Notes under the pieces: model-generated
The model's input: only the letters and a program-made list of their open reading frames with translations
Databases searched by the model: none
Told to the model about the DNA's origin: nothing
Program-made: the position numbers and the translations under genes
DNA from: a virus
Taxonomy: Duplodnaviria; Caudoviricetes
Reading direction: 5' to 3' (one strand)
Length of the DNA: 64,000 bases
Virus record (IMG/VR): IMGVR_UViG_2595698668_000001
Coordinates: 96,001-160,000 of that record
Shown: positions 18,629-29,200 of the stretch, piece after piece
How positions within the stretch are numbered: position 1 is the stretch's first letter
How the letters are laid out: every line of letters begins with the position of its first letter

Positions 18629-18852
18629 TACAGTTCACCCCTCATAGCAAACCCGTTTCGCAATGCAGAATGCCAAGAGACGAGTCTAGGAATATCCTCA
18701 TTAGATGGATAGTTTTTATTCATATGGTGGATAATCAATTCCAATGTATTAAGGTCAATAAGTTTAAATTTGCGACCATAAAAGAAAGAAAACACACTGT
18801 CATATGTCAGTTTAGAGTAATTTAGGTTTGGTAGAATGATATCAGAATTCAT
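18628..18852 (-). CDS. hypothetical protein
   Basis: 74-aa ORF overlapping neighbours in operon. Confidence 0.5.
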   Translation of the reverse strand: MNSDIILPNLNYSKLTYDSVFSFFYGRKFKLIDLNTLELIIHHMNKNYPSNEDIPRLVSWHSALRNGFAMRGEL

Positions 18853-19111
18853 AATTTCTCAACTCATCAAAGCCACCAATAAGAACATCACCAATGAAAA
18901 TTTGTGGCATGGTGAAACCGGTAATTTCAAGACCAAGTGCTTTACGTCGTTCCCCGAGTTCCTTCTTATTGGAACGAGATTCCTCTGATGTACCGGTTTT
19001 TAGAATTGGTTTGAAAACATAATCAAGCTTTTTCGTATCTGCAAATTTTTTCGCTTTGATGCACGGGACACATTTGTAATTATCAGGGTCGAAACCAAAA
19101 ATGGTAATCAT
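18842..19111 (-). CDS. glutaredoxin (NrdC-like)
   Basis: CVPC active site, TMPQIFIGDVLIGGFDEL. Confidence 0.92.
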   Translation of the reverse strand: MITIFGFDPDNYKCVPCIKAKKFADTKKLDYVFKPILKTGTSEESRSNKKELGERRKALGLEITGFTMPQIFIGDVLIGGFDELRNYEF

Positions 19112-19112
19112 T

Positions 19113-19586
19113 TTATTTTTCCTTATTGAGTAGATGTATAATTTGATTAGACGAACCTCGCCATTTAAGATCTGGGTCTTTCTTATCTTCTTCAAATTTC
19201 CCATCGATTAGTACGTCTATGAACCTGATTATACCACACATGGATACATCTTTTGAGATTTCATCTTTTGTATACCCTGTCCACATCCAGATCGTTTTTT
19301 CGGGATATTTATCTTTGAACCAAGCAACGAATCTAAGAACCCCACCACGATTCTTGTGAAATAAAGGGTCTCCACCCAGCAAGGAGATGCCATCCCGCTT
19401 TATAATTGGGTCGTTCATGTCATTGTCAACTAGTTTATAAATGTCAATGTCAGACCCATTATCATAATTCCAAGTGTTTTTTGAGAAGCAACCTTTACAC
19501 ATATGGTCGCAACCAGAGAACCAAATTGAAGAACGGGTTCCAAACCCGTTCACCACATCAACCGACTTATAGTCAATAATTTTCAT
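19113..19586 (-). CDS. nrdG: anaerobic RNR activase
   Basis: DVVNGFGTR, radical SAM CDHMCKGC, WRGSSNQ. Confidence 0.97.
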   Translation of the reverse strand: MKIIDYKSVDVVNGFGTRSSIWFSGCDHMCKGCFSKNTWNYDNGSDIDIYKLVDNDMNDPIIKRDGISLLGGDPLFHKNRGGVLRFVAWFKDKYPEKTIWMWTGYTKDEISKDVSMCGIIRFIDVLIDGKFEEDKKDPDLKWRGSSNQIIHLLNKEK

Positions 19587-21412
19587 AGATGTTTTACCCT
19601 TCTGATGGATTCTTTATGTTTACCTTCGTTCAACGGACGTTTTTCTACATCACCAAGATATCCACAAACTCTACGCTTAACATCCAATTTACTACCGTCA
19701 TGGTTCCCACATGATGGACATTCATAACCCTTGGATGTAGGAACCATTTCCCCATGATAACCACAATCAAAACACTGGTCGATTGGGGTATTTGTCCCAT
19801 AATAAGGGGTATTTTGATACGCAAAATCCCAAACATCTTCGAGTGCCTTTAAGTTATTTTTCATATTTGGAAATTCGCCATATGAAATAAAACCACCTTT
19901 CGAATATGTAATGAAATCTCGTTCAAACAGGATCTTGTGGTATGGGTCTGTTTTATACTCAACGTCAAGATGGAAACTATTCGTGTAATATCCTTTTTCA
20001 TGAACCATATGAGGATATTTCGTTTCGTCGATATCAACAAAACGCTTACAAAGAGATTCTGATGGTGTTCCATATAATGAAAATGCAAACCCAGTTTCAT
20101 CTGTCCACCGGTCTGTTATATATTTCATCTTTCGAAGAATTGAAATACAAAATTCTTTCTTTTCTTCATTTCCGAAAATATGAGAATCGTCATTGAATTT
20201 CACAATTTCACTTACTTCATGCAAACCAATATATCCACAGGAAACGGAAGAACGTCCGTTTTGGAAAAGAGGATATATCTCATCATTTGCGTTTAAACGA
20301 GCTACTGCGCCATTCATATACAATATGGGGGCACACGATGCTTTAACACCTTTGAATCTCTCTATGCGCGACACAAGAGCTTTCTTCACCAATTCCATTC
20401 GTTCTTCAAGAAGGGCAAAGAACAATTTCTTATCTCCACCAACTTCTAGGGCGATCCTAGGGAGGTTCAGCGTTACAACTCCAAGATTTTGACGACCATT
20501 ATATTCATATTCACCATGCTCGTTTTTCCATGGATTTAGGTAACTTCTACATCCCATAGGGGAGACCAGTCCACCAGTAACCTTTACAACTTGATCATAG
20601 CTGATGATATCCGGATACATCCTTTTTGAGGAACACAGTAAGGCTTTCAGCTTAACATCATAGAAAGGATCAGATGGTTTAAGATTATGACCATCTTTAA
20701 GGATGAATACCAGTTTTGGAAATACAGGAGTTTCATTATCGGATCCAAGACCATCGATTCTAACTTGTAGAATTGTTTCTTGGATCAATTTGGCTTCCGG
20801 GGTATCCCCCAATCCGAAAGACAATGTGGTAAACGGGGTTTGTCCCTGTGAAGTACTTAATGAATTGATTTGATATTCCAGTGTTTGGATCGCATCATAT
20901 ACAATCTTTCTGATTTTATTTTCTACGTAGGAATGTTTGTCTGGGATTTTATAATAATCAGCTTCGTTACAAAGTTTGTCATAATCCATTTTCACATATT
21001 CAGCTAAGAGAATATCAATATCCGCGACAGTATTACCACCGTATATGTGATTAGCAACAGAGCATATGATCTGAGAAATGAGGGTAGTTGCTGTTTTAAT
21101 GTTCTTAGGTTTACTGATCTTAGCACTAGACATAGTGAACCCTTTATCGAACATATCCTTTACGTTGATCAACATACAATTAAAGAACGGTAGGAGAGGA
21201 CTATATCCAAGATCATGATAGTGGATGATACCTTCATTGTGTGCTTCCAGAACATCAACCGGAATAAATTCTTTTGCAAATTCTTTACTAACAGCAGAAG
21301 CAAGCGCATCTCTCTTCGTCACGAATATTTTCAGATCTTTATTTGCATTTTCTTTAGCCAAACCAGACGAAGAATCGTGAACAATTTCCATTACTTCTTT
21401 ATAAAGATTCAT
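19583..21412 (-). CDS. nrdD: anaerobic ribonucleoside-triphosphate reductase
   Basis: KENANKD, PMGCRS, YTNSFH, CxxC...CxxC, RRVCGYLG glycyl radical motif; no intron seen. Confidence 0.98.
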   Translation of the reverse strand: MNLYKEVMEIVHDSSSGLAKENANKDLKIFVTKRDALASAVSKEFAKEFIPVDVLEAHNEGIIHYHDLGYSPLLPFFNCMLINVKDMFDKGFTMSSAKISKPKNIKTATTLISQIICSVANHIYGGNTVADIDILLAEYVKMDYDKLCNEADYYKIPDKHSYVENKIRKIVYDAIQTLEYQINSLSTSQGQTPFTTLSFGLGDTPEAKLIQETILQVRIDGLGSDNETPVFPKLVFILKDGHNLKPSDPFYDVKLKALLCSSKRMYPDIISYDQVVKVTGGLVSPMGCRSYLNPWKNEHGEYEYNGRQNLGVVTLNLPRIALEVGGDKKLFFALLEERMELVKKALVSRIERFKGVKASCAPILYMNGAVARLNANDEIYPLFQNGRSSVSCGYIGLHEVSEIVKFNDDSHIFGNEEKKEFCISILRKMKYITDRWTDETGFAFSLYGTPSESLCKRFVDIDETKYPHMVHEKGYYTNSFHLDVEYKTDPYHKILFERDFITYSKGGFISYGEFPNMKNNLKALEDVWDFAYQNTPYYGTNTPIDQCFDCGYHGEMVPTSKGYECPSCGNHDGSKLDVKRRVCGYLGDVEKRPLNEGKHKESIRRVKHL

Positions 21413-21440
21413 TTTACATACCTTTTCTTTTAAAAACAAG

Positions 21441-21465
21441 AAAGGGAACCAATCCGGTTCCCTTT
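21441..21465. terminator. hairpin between nrdB and nrdD
   Basis: aaagggaacc-aatcc-ggttcccttt. Confidence 0.6.
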
Positions 21466-21472
21466 TATCTAT

Positions 21473-22600
21473 TTATACATCAAGAGAAGCCAGTTTCTCT
21501 TTGCTCAAGTCAGCAACAACCGCAGACAGATATTCAGACACTTCCACCTCTTGGGGGGCAACCTGAACAGATTCAGAGTTCAGCCACTTAGTTACCCATG
21601 GCAGAGGGTTCTTTCTCTTCGCATACGAACTAGGGAGACCCGCTGCCCGCATTCGGTTATCAGAAAGATACTCGATATAATCGCACAGATTTTTAGCAGT
21701 AAGACCATTAAGAGCCTTATCACCAAAAAGGTAATTAGCCCATTCTTTTTCTTGGTCTACCACATCTTCAAAAATCTTAACCGCAATCGGTTCAAGCCGT
21801 TTCGCGATTTCTACCATCTCTGGGTCGTCTTTACCGCTTTGCCAGCGATGAAGGATAGTCTGGGTTGCCTTAAGGTGTACTGCTTCGTCACGGGCGATTA
21901 GACGCATGATCTTAGCACTACCTTCCATCATCCCAGTGAATTCTGGGAAAGAGAAGTTACAGACAAAACTAACATAGAACCGAATGGCTTCAAGTGCGTT
22001 AATTGTGTGGACACACAAATACAGGGCTTCTTTAAGCTTAGTCAGTTGTAGCTTTTGCAAACCCTCATCCATATTCATGATCCGCATTGCGGTGAGCATA
22101 TCGGATTCTTTTATAACATCGTCGTAATACTTGGTAATGGACTCAGCACGTTTCATGATCTGAGGGGTTAACATAACACCATCAAAAACAACGGTTGGGT
22201 CTGTATAAACGGCACGAACGATGTGGGTATATGAATCGCTATGAAGGTTACCTTCTGTCATTGTCCAAGCGGTAATGAAGTTCTCTAGAGTAACATCACT
22301 AACGTGAGGAAGCAATACCAAATTAGGCCCTCGACCTTGGATTGAGTCGAGTAGGGATTGAACAAACAGGTTCTGAGTGAAAACATGTTTGGCATGATCA
22401 GATAATTGCTGAAACTCGATAGTATCCTTACTAAGGTCTACCTCAGTTGGTCGCCAGAACAGGCTTAATTGACGGTCCATCAACTCATAGAAAGTTCTGG
22501 TGTTCATGGTATCAAATCGTTGTACGTTTGGAGACTCACCGAAGAACATATATTGTTTTGTGTGGTCGATAATTTCTTTATTGAAAACAGTTGAACTCAT
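21473..22600 (-). CDS. nrdB: class Ia RNR small subunit
   Basis: FWRPTEVDL, LDSIQGR, EAIRFYVSF, ARDEAVH, VAPQEVE..EY. Confidence 0.98.
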   Translation of the reverse strand: MSSTVFNKEIIDHTKQYMFFGESPNVQRFDTMNTRTFYELMDRQLSLFWRPTEVDLSKDTIEFQQLSDHAKHVFTQNLFVQSLLDSIQGRGPNLVLLPHVSDVTLENFITAWTMTEGNLHSDSYTHIVRAVYTDPTVVFDGVMLTPQIMKRAESITKYYDDVIKESDMLTAMRIMNMDEGLQKLQLTKLKEALYLCVHTINALEAIRFYVSFVCNFSFPEFTGMMEGSAKIMRLIARDEAVHLKATQTILHRWQSGKDDPEMVEIAKRLEPIAVKIFEDVVDQEKEWANYLFGDKALNGLTAKNLCDYIEYLSDNRMRAAGLPSSYAKRKNPLPWVTKWLNSESVQVAPQEVEVSEYLSAVVADLSKEKLASLDV

Positions 22601-22642
22601 TTTTTAAATCCTTGAGAAAAGGGGCTTTCGCCCCTACGAAAA

Positions 22643-24895
22643 TTAAATACTGCAACCAGCACACTCAGCTTCTTTGGTTACTTCGATCCCTTCTTCACTA
22701 CCATCACGAGTATTATGATAGTAAAGGGATTTCACTCCATACTTATTAGCAAAGACAACATCACGAAGAATAACGCTAATAGGAAGCTTGTTGTCTTCAT
22801 AATTAGATGGGATATAACTAGTGTTCGCACTAATACCCTGATCGAAGAATTTTTGGATGACCGCACAGATAGACAGATAACCAGTCATCCCGCCGCGATT
22901 AACCATCTTCCACAGAGGTTCATATTCATCAGCAAGGAATTCTACATCTGGAACAACCTGATTAAACGAACCATCCTTAGAAGCTTTTACGCTCACCAGA
23001 GATCGTACAGGTTCGATACCATTAGTTGCATTTAGAAGCTGTGAACTACTCTCAGCAGGCATTTGTGCAGTCACGGTATCATTACGAAGACCATGTAGGC
23101 GGATTTGACCACGCAACCATTCCCAATCTTGTTTTAGGTCATTTGGGGTTAGGTCGTCCACATTCTTGTTATACCAATCGATTGGAAGCAAACCGTCAGC
23201 CCACTTGGTTCGGTCGTGCCATTCACTACGACCCCGCTCTTTAGCAAGTTCCATAGACGCTCGAAGCAAGGAGAACTGCATAGCCTCGATATGCTCATGT
23301 ACCAGAGCAAGGGCAGCTTTGTCGTTGTATCCAACATAATTCTTTGCCAAGAAGTATGCCAAGTTTACCACACCAACACCAAGAGCACGACGTTTTTTTG
23401 CAGCAAGAGCTTGTTTGACTGGATAATCTTGATAGTCCAACAGATTATCTAGAGAACGAACGACGATTCTTGCCAATTCGAGATAATCATCTGTTGATTC
23501 AATCATACCCAAGTTAATCGCAGATAGGGTACAGAGTGCGATTTCTTCCTGATTTGATCCCATTGCATAAGTTGGTAAGAAAATCTCTTGACATAGATTT
23601 GACATTTTGATCTTTTCTTTGTATGGGGTCTGTTTGTTCATGTTATCAACAAACAAGCAATAAATCCGACCAGTACCAGCCCGTTCTGTCGCAAATGCAG
23701 TAAACAATTCAGATGCTTTGATACGCTTTTTGCGTATGACGTGGTTCATCTCAAGTGCAGCATAACGTTTCCTGAATTTGGTATCATCTGCATCATAGAA
23801 GTCTTCATACAACCGACCGCAATCAACGTCAGGGCTGAATAGGGTGATATACCCATCATCACGCAACCTCTCTAGAAACAGCTTATTGATATGCACACTG
23901 TAATCAAGACCCCGGATCCGGGTTTCATCAGTACCCTTGTTATTCTTCAATACAAGCAGTTTCTCAACCTCCAAATGCCACATAGGGTAATTCAGAGTAG
24001 CAGAGCCGCCACGTAGAGCACCTTGCGAACAGCTCTTAACCGCAGTATGGAAGTGCTTGTAGAATGGGATTACGCCGGTATGGGTTGCTTCGCCGTTGCG
24101 AATTGGTGAACCCTCCGCACGAATAGCACCAGCATTAATACCAATACCAGCACGTTGACTGATATAACTAATAATAGATGCAGACGTATCGTTAATAGAT
24201 TTCAGAGAATCGCCGGATTCAATTTTCACACACGAACTAAATTGGCGCGTTGGGGTGCGGGCACCACCCAAAATAGGGGTTGGGATTGAAATCTTAAATA
24301 GAGAAGCCGCATTATAATAATTGATTACGTGTTGAAGTCGGTTTACTTTTTCACTCTGATGTAGAGCCATAGCAATTCCCATATAAAGGAATTGGGGGGT
24401 TTCGTACATCTCCTTAGTTACTCTATTTCGTACCAAGTACTTTTCTTTTAACTGCATTGCACCAGCATATGTAAAATTCATATCTCGGGAATGGTCAATA
24501 TGAAGATTGAGGTATTCAATATCCGCTGGTGAATATTGTTTCAGAAGGTCTTTATCATAAAATCCAAGACCAACCAGTTTAGAAATATGGTCATACAATG
24601 AAATTGGATCGAATTGTCCATATACATCCTTACGAAGGGTGTACATAGTTAAACGACCCGCTACATATTGATAATCCGGTTCTTCAACGGAAATCATATT
24701 GGTTGCGGCTTTAATAACTTGCTTTTGGATATCCTTCGTGTTCATACCATCTGTAATGGATGACATTGCAGCATCAAGAATAGCGTGTGGATCTGCCTCT
24801 GTATTCTCACATGCAAATTCTATGACTTTTAAAATCTTATCCTTGCTAAATTCTTCGGTAATACCGCTCGATTTTACAACTTTACTGATCATCAA
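22643..24895 (-). CDS. nrdA: class Ia RNR large subunit
   Basis: N-terminal ATP cone, RQFSSC, SNLCQEI, TNGIEP, KSLYY, C-terminal CAGC. Confidence 0.98.
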   Translation of the reverse strand: MMISKVVKSSGITEEFSKDKILKVIEFACENTEADPHAILDAAMSSITDGMNTKDIQKQVIKAATNMISVEEPDYQYVAGRLTMYTLRKDVYGQFDPISLYDHISKLVGLGFYDKDLLKQYSPADIEYLNLHIDHSRDMNFTYAGAMQLKEKYLVRNRVTKEMYETPQFLYMGIAMALHQSEKVNRLQHVINYYNAASLFKISIPTPILGGARTPTRQFSSCVKIESGDSLKSINDTSASIISYISQRAGIGINAGAIRAEGSPIRNGEATHTGVIPFYKHFHTAVKSCSQGALRGGSATLNYPMWHLEVEKLLVLKNNKGTDETRIRGLDYSVHINKLFLERLRDDGYITLFSPDVDCGRLYEDFYDADDTKFRKRYAALEMNHVIRKKRIKASELFTAFATERAGTGRIYCLFVDNMNKQTPYKEKIKMSNLCQEIFLPTYAMGSNQEEIALCTLSAINLGMIESTDDYLELARIVVRSLDNLLDYQDYPVKQALAAKKRRALGVGVVNLAYFLAKNYVGYNDKAALALVHEHIEAMQFSLLRASMELAKERGRSEWHDRTKWADGLLPIDWYNKNVDDLTPNDLKQDWEWLRGQIRLHGLRNDTVTAQMPAESSSQLLNATNGIEPVRSLVSVKASKDGSFNQVVPDVEFLADEYEPLWKMVNRGGMTGYLSICAVIQKFFDQGISANTSYIPSNYEDNKLPISVILRDVVFANKYGVKSLYYHNTRDGSEEGIEVTKEAECAGCSI

Positions 24896-24967
24896 TTTAT
24901 CTCTTCCTTTTGTTTTCCATTATTATACCATTTCCCTAAATACTTTTAGATATTAGAGGAAATTGAA

Positions 24968-25870
24968 ATGGAAAAAATTAACTATGGTCACTGGGTAACT
25001 GACGAGCAGTTTGACCCAAAAACGGTTCTTGGTTTTGTGTATATGATTACTTTCTCCAATGGTAAAAAATACATTGGAGCGAAACGGGTTTGGAAAAACC
25101 TAAAACGCCCACCATCCACATACAAGAGGCAGGGTAAAACAGAATTTATTGAATCTGATTGGCGCTCATATAGATCCAGTTCAAACGAAGTGGTTGAACT
25201 GGAAACCAGAGGTATAGAGATCTCAGAGATGAGGATCCTTGCCACTTATGATTCTTGGGGTAAAGTACTTCTTTTAGAATGTATGCTCCAATTCTCACTC
25301 AATGCGTTAACCTCCGATATATACCTAAACAAGCAAATTGAAGGCATGTTTACGGGGGCATGTTTTGATAAAAAGGTATACGATGACGTTGCTCGCCTCG
25401 TTGCAATTGAGCAATATGATGAGTCTATCCCACAGGTAATTGTTTACCGTGGTGGAGACAGAAGCGTTATATGTGACAAACAATCAGCAAAAGAATACAT
25501 CAAAGCTGGTTGGTCTGTTGCGTCTTTACCAGAAAAATATCATCGTAAAAGTATTCCAATGGTTCCCTATACAATCAAATGTAAGGAAACTGGGACTGAA
25601 TATACCATCAGTGATTTCAAAACTCAATACGAAGTTTCAAAAAAACTTGAATGTGTTGCAGGGGATCTTAGTCGGCTTCGTTCTGGTGAAATTCTGAACA
25701 TAGGTTCGTACACCATGAAGATTCAACGGGAACCCCAACGTTGGGTAAAAGACGGAGTTTCATACTACAGTACAGCAGAATTGAAATCCGCAAAGGTTGA
25801 CAAATCCGAGTGTGAACACTTCCCAGCAGAAGACCGGGAAGCTTATCGGATTAGATTGTCTAAGGCTTAA
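24968..25870 (+). CDS. GIY-YIG family (homing) endonuclease
   Basis: GFVYMIT...KKYIGAK, WRSYRSSS, YLNKQI; free-standing, divergent from nrdA, behind CCCTAAATA. Confidence 0.8.
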   Translation: MEKINYGHWVTDEQFDPKTVLGFVYMITFSNGKKYIGAKRVWKNLKRPPSTYKRQGKTEFIESDWRSYRSSSNEVVELETRGIEISEMRILATYDSWGKVLLLECMLQFSLNALTSDIYLNKQIEGMFTGACFDKKVYDDVARLVAIEQYDESIPQVIVYRGGDRSVICDKQSAKEYIKAGWSVASLPEKYHRKSIPMVPYTIKCKETGTEYTISDFKTQYEVSKKLECVAGDLSRLRSGEILNIGSYTMKIQREPQRWVKDGVSYYSTAELKSAKVDKSECEHFPAEDREAYRIRLSKA

Positions 25871-26050
25871 TAAAGCGATGCCAAGACAGCGAAAGCCCAC
25901 TCAACATAGAGATATGATAGAGATGGGTTTTTGTCAAAGGGGAACGGGATCAGTGGGATTGTTACTGAAAAAGTTTTACTGTTCATCAAAAATTATCCTT
26001 ATGGTTAGTTGATTACTAGATAGTACTACATCCAAAACAGAATGTAAACT

Positions 26051-26172
26051 ATAGATCTCGAACGTAGTGAGACGGCGTAGCCGCCTGTTCGCTTCGCTCA
26101 CACTTTCTAATTATAGATTTTCTATATAAATACTTATAGAGATTTTATACTTTGATTGCACTTGAAACTAAT
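26051..26172 (+). repeat. 122-bp dispersed inverted repeat, copy 1
   Basis: Reverse complement matches 51632-51753 at 119/122 positions. Confidence 0.95.
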
Positions 26173-26183
26173 CCATAGACACG

Positions 26184-26213
26184 AAAAGCCTACCCAAAAC
26201 AGGGTAGGCTTTT
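26184..26213 (-). terminator. terminator after gene 35
   Basis: aaaagcctaccc-aaaaca-gggtaggctttt. Confidence 0.8.
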
Positions 26214-26216
26214 CAT

Positions 26217-29200
26217 TTATACCTTTTTCCAATTAACTGTCTGTAGTTTTACACCTACCAGACCGATTGGTCTTATGTCAATAACTTTGTATTGACTAGA
26301 TGGCTCTAACCAGTTATCGACATCAATATCTTTCGATACGACATAGTTACCAGTTCCTATATATGCATATTTAGTTTGCAATATACCACCAATTTTTAAG
26401 GTTACTTCTAGTTGAGAATATGGTGTCACTTTTCCTTCAAACTCAATGATCATACTATGAGTTGAACCACCACTAACAATTTTAGATATCTTATCATTGT
26501 ATATATAGATATCATCCTTCAACCTACCGTTCCCGGCTACATCCCCAAGCACAGAATCCCATCCAACAACCCCTCCACCAGTTTTAAGAAGAACAGAACG
26601 TAGCTTCTTTCTGAATGTCAGAGTATTTTGAATAATATCGTTTTCTGGGATTATATATCCATTGTCAACTAAGTTATAAACTCGTGAGCTAGATACGGTA
26701 TTTGTTGATTCTATCATATCTATTTGTTTGATGATAGAGGATGAATTCCTCATACACATATCAGAAGATATCCCATCAACATGGTTATATGTTGAATTGC
26801 TAATAACAGAGTTTGTTCTGATATATAGGTTTGGAAAATTGTATTGAATGTCAATATCAAATTCCTTACCAACAGTCATACCATGGTTAATGGTAATATT
26901 GCTTATATTAGAACCCCGATTTTTGACAACAAACTGCAAAGTGGTTGACGATAAAGTGATGAATATACCATGAGTTTTATCCGTATTATCAAGGTAATAA
27001 CCACTAGAGAAATTATCACCAATGAATCTCAGTCTCCACGAATCTTTTTGTGGTAACCACGCTGGTAATATATTTAGGTAATTGTTATTTGATAGGTTTG
27101 GAACCCAAGAACTCATTGTATTCCCGATCATTTGAGGTTCTTCAAATGTATTAAAGAAATACGAAGCCCCTGCTACGTTATACCCGATGGCATCCGTTTT
27201 TGTGGAATATGCTACTAGACTTCTAACAGTCACAACATCCCCATTTCTTGCATTTGGTACACAGATATATAGACCTGAATCATGAGACGATTCTGTGTGG
27301 TTATGATAAATAACACCTTTAAATCTACCGTATGGTAAAGATTTGAGAATCTGACCGACACCAACTGTTGTACCATATACATCTTTAAGAAATAATGGTC
27401 TAGGGCAATCGATATCATATTCTATTCTATATCTTCCCTTTGCTGGTAAGTTAAGATGATATGTCATCCCACCTTCTGATACATCTTTTACAAATTTGAA
27501 TCTGTTGTTACTAACCACACTAATCGGGGAGTTCAAGTCATCCGACATTTTCCATTTAGACAGATCAACAGTATCATATACCAATACACCAGCATTATTC
27601 TGATCTTCTATACCAGTTGAGTAGTAGTTAAATCTAGATTCTTGAGTGTTTATATATGACCTAGAATCATTATCCCCGACAATATTAATGTCCCATATTT
27701 GACCATTCAAACATTCAGTTTTTGAATATCTACCACCAATATTTCTTATTACCGAACCTTTTTTCAGTTCGACAACAATACTATGTGGAATATTAGGAGT
27801 AATGGCTTCACCGTTATATGGCTTTCCGTCCAATTGAACAATAGACATATATGTGGAAGAAAAAGTCAGTACCTTCTGTCTAGATATATATAACCATCCA
27901 CCTTGAAGTTCTTGAGCGTTAGAACTTCGTCCATCCAATAGGTACATATTGAAATCTACGTTTCCAAAAATGAAATTGAATGTGGTATAACCAGATTTAT
28001 TGATCAAATATACTGGTGGAATATCAACCATCGTACCCCCATTGAAATTGAAGGTGTATTTGTTGTTTTTAACCCATGATATAGTAGGTTTCTCACTAAT
28101 TATATCTGGGTCAGTATAACAATCAACATCAAATTTAAGGTTTGTCATATTACCGGCAGATATCCAATTCACGCCATCTTTTCTAAAGAAGAACATGTGT
28201 CTAGGCTGTAGTCCCTGTGCTGATTGTCTTTCTGCAATAACCTCATATCTTTTGTTCATTTCAATACCGGTATTCAACGTAGCACCGTTATTTTCAACTA
28301 TGGTAACATAAGCCTTAGAACCGGTTTTCATTCCTGCTGGGATTAGTTGACTTCCGATGCCGCAATATAGCCAACCACCACCCGCATCCGGTGTGATATT
28401 GGAACCGGAATAATAAACACCACTAGCCGGAGAAGACCCTTTAATAAAAGGTAGTTTTTCTGATTGTGGATATTCATAATACCTTGAATTATTTGGTATC
28501 TCATAATCTTCATACTCCGAAGATATGATATACCCACTCATTTCAGATCCAACTCGAATTTCTTCAAACTCTCGTCTTGCTAAGTCTTCTATTGTTGTAC
28601 TTCCAACTAAAACCCCGTTGACATAAAACTTCATACTTGGGCTATCAATTTCCAACTTATACAAATATTCTTTATTACAAGAAATGATTTCATTCGTGGT
28701 AATCGTTTTTCCAGCATAAGTAACAATATGACCCATACCGGTAGGATGAGTCTTTGTTGTCATACCAATGAAAATAGTATCATCGGATCCAGATCCAACC
28801 CGGTTTACCGGTACGTTAGTATCTGTATAAACCATTGATATAAAATAAGAAAATTTCTTACCGACTACCAATTTAGGGTCTTTTATATATTTTCCATCAT
28901 TATAAGTGAAGTGAGGAAAACTAACATTTTCTAAATTACCATATTCAAATGCCGTAATATTTTTCTCTTTAATTCTACCTACAATATCCCCACTGGTTTC
29001 TATCGCATCTTCTGTAATAAAACCCCATTGACCAATAGAAGCAGTTCCGGATTTAACAACTACCGGTTTTTTCCTGAATACGGATACCGTGCGAACCCCA
29101 GTAGTACCAACATATTGGGATTTAACGGGCCATGACGTAGCATATACGGTTAATCTATCTATTGTGGTTGGAACAACAAAATCGTTATAAACAAAATCCC

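Noticed and set aside
25797-26012. 71-aa ORF overlapping the GIY-YIG end
   Set aside because: TTG start without clear RBS and runs through a terminator-like hairpin
25871-26216. CRISPR array, tRNA or group I intron in the larger intergenic gaps (also 51539-51791)
   Set aside because: No repeat-spacer periodicity, cloverleaf or intron core seen; only the 122-bp repeat and terminators
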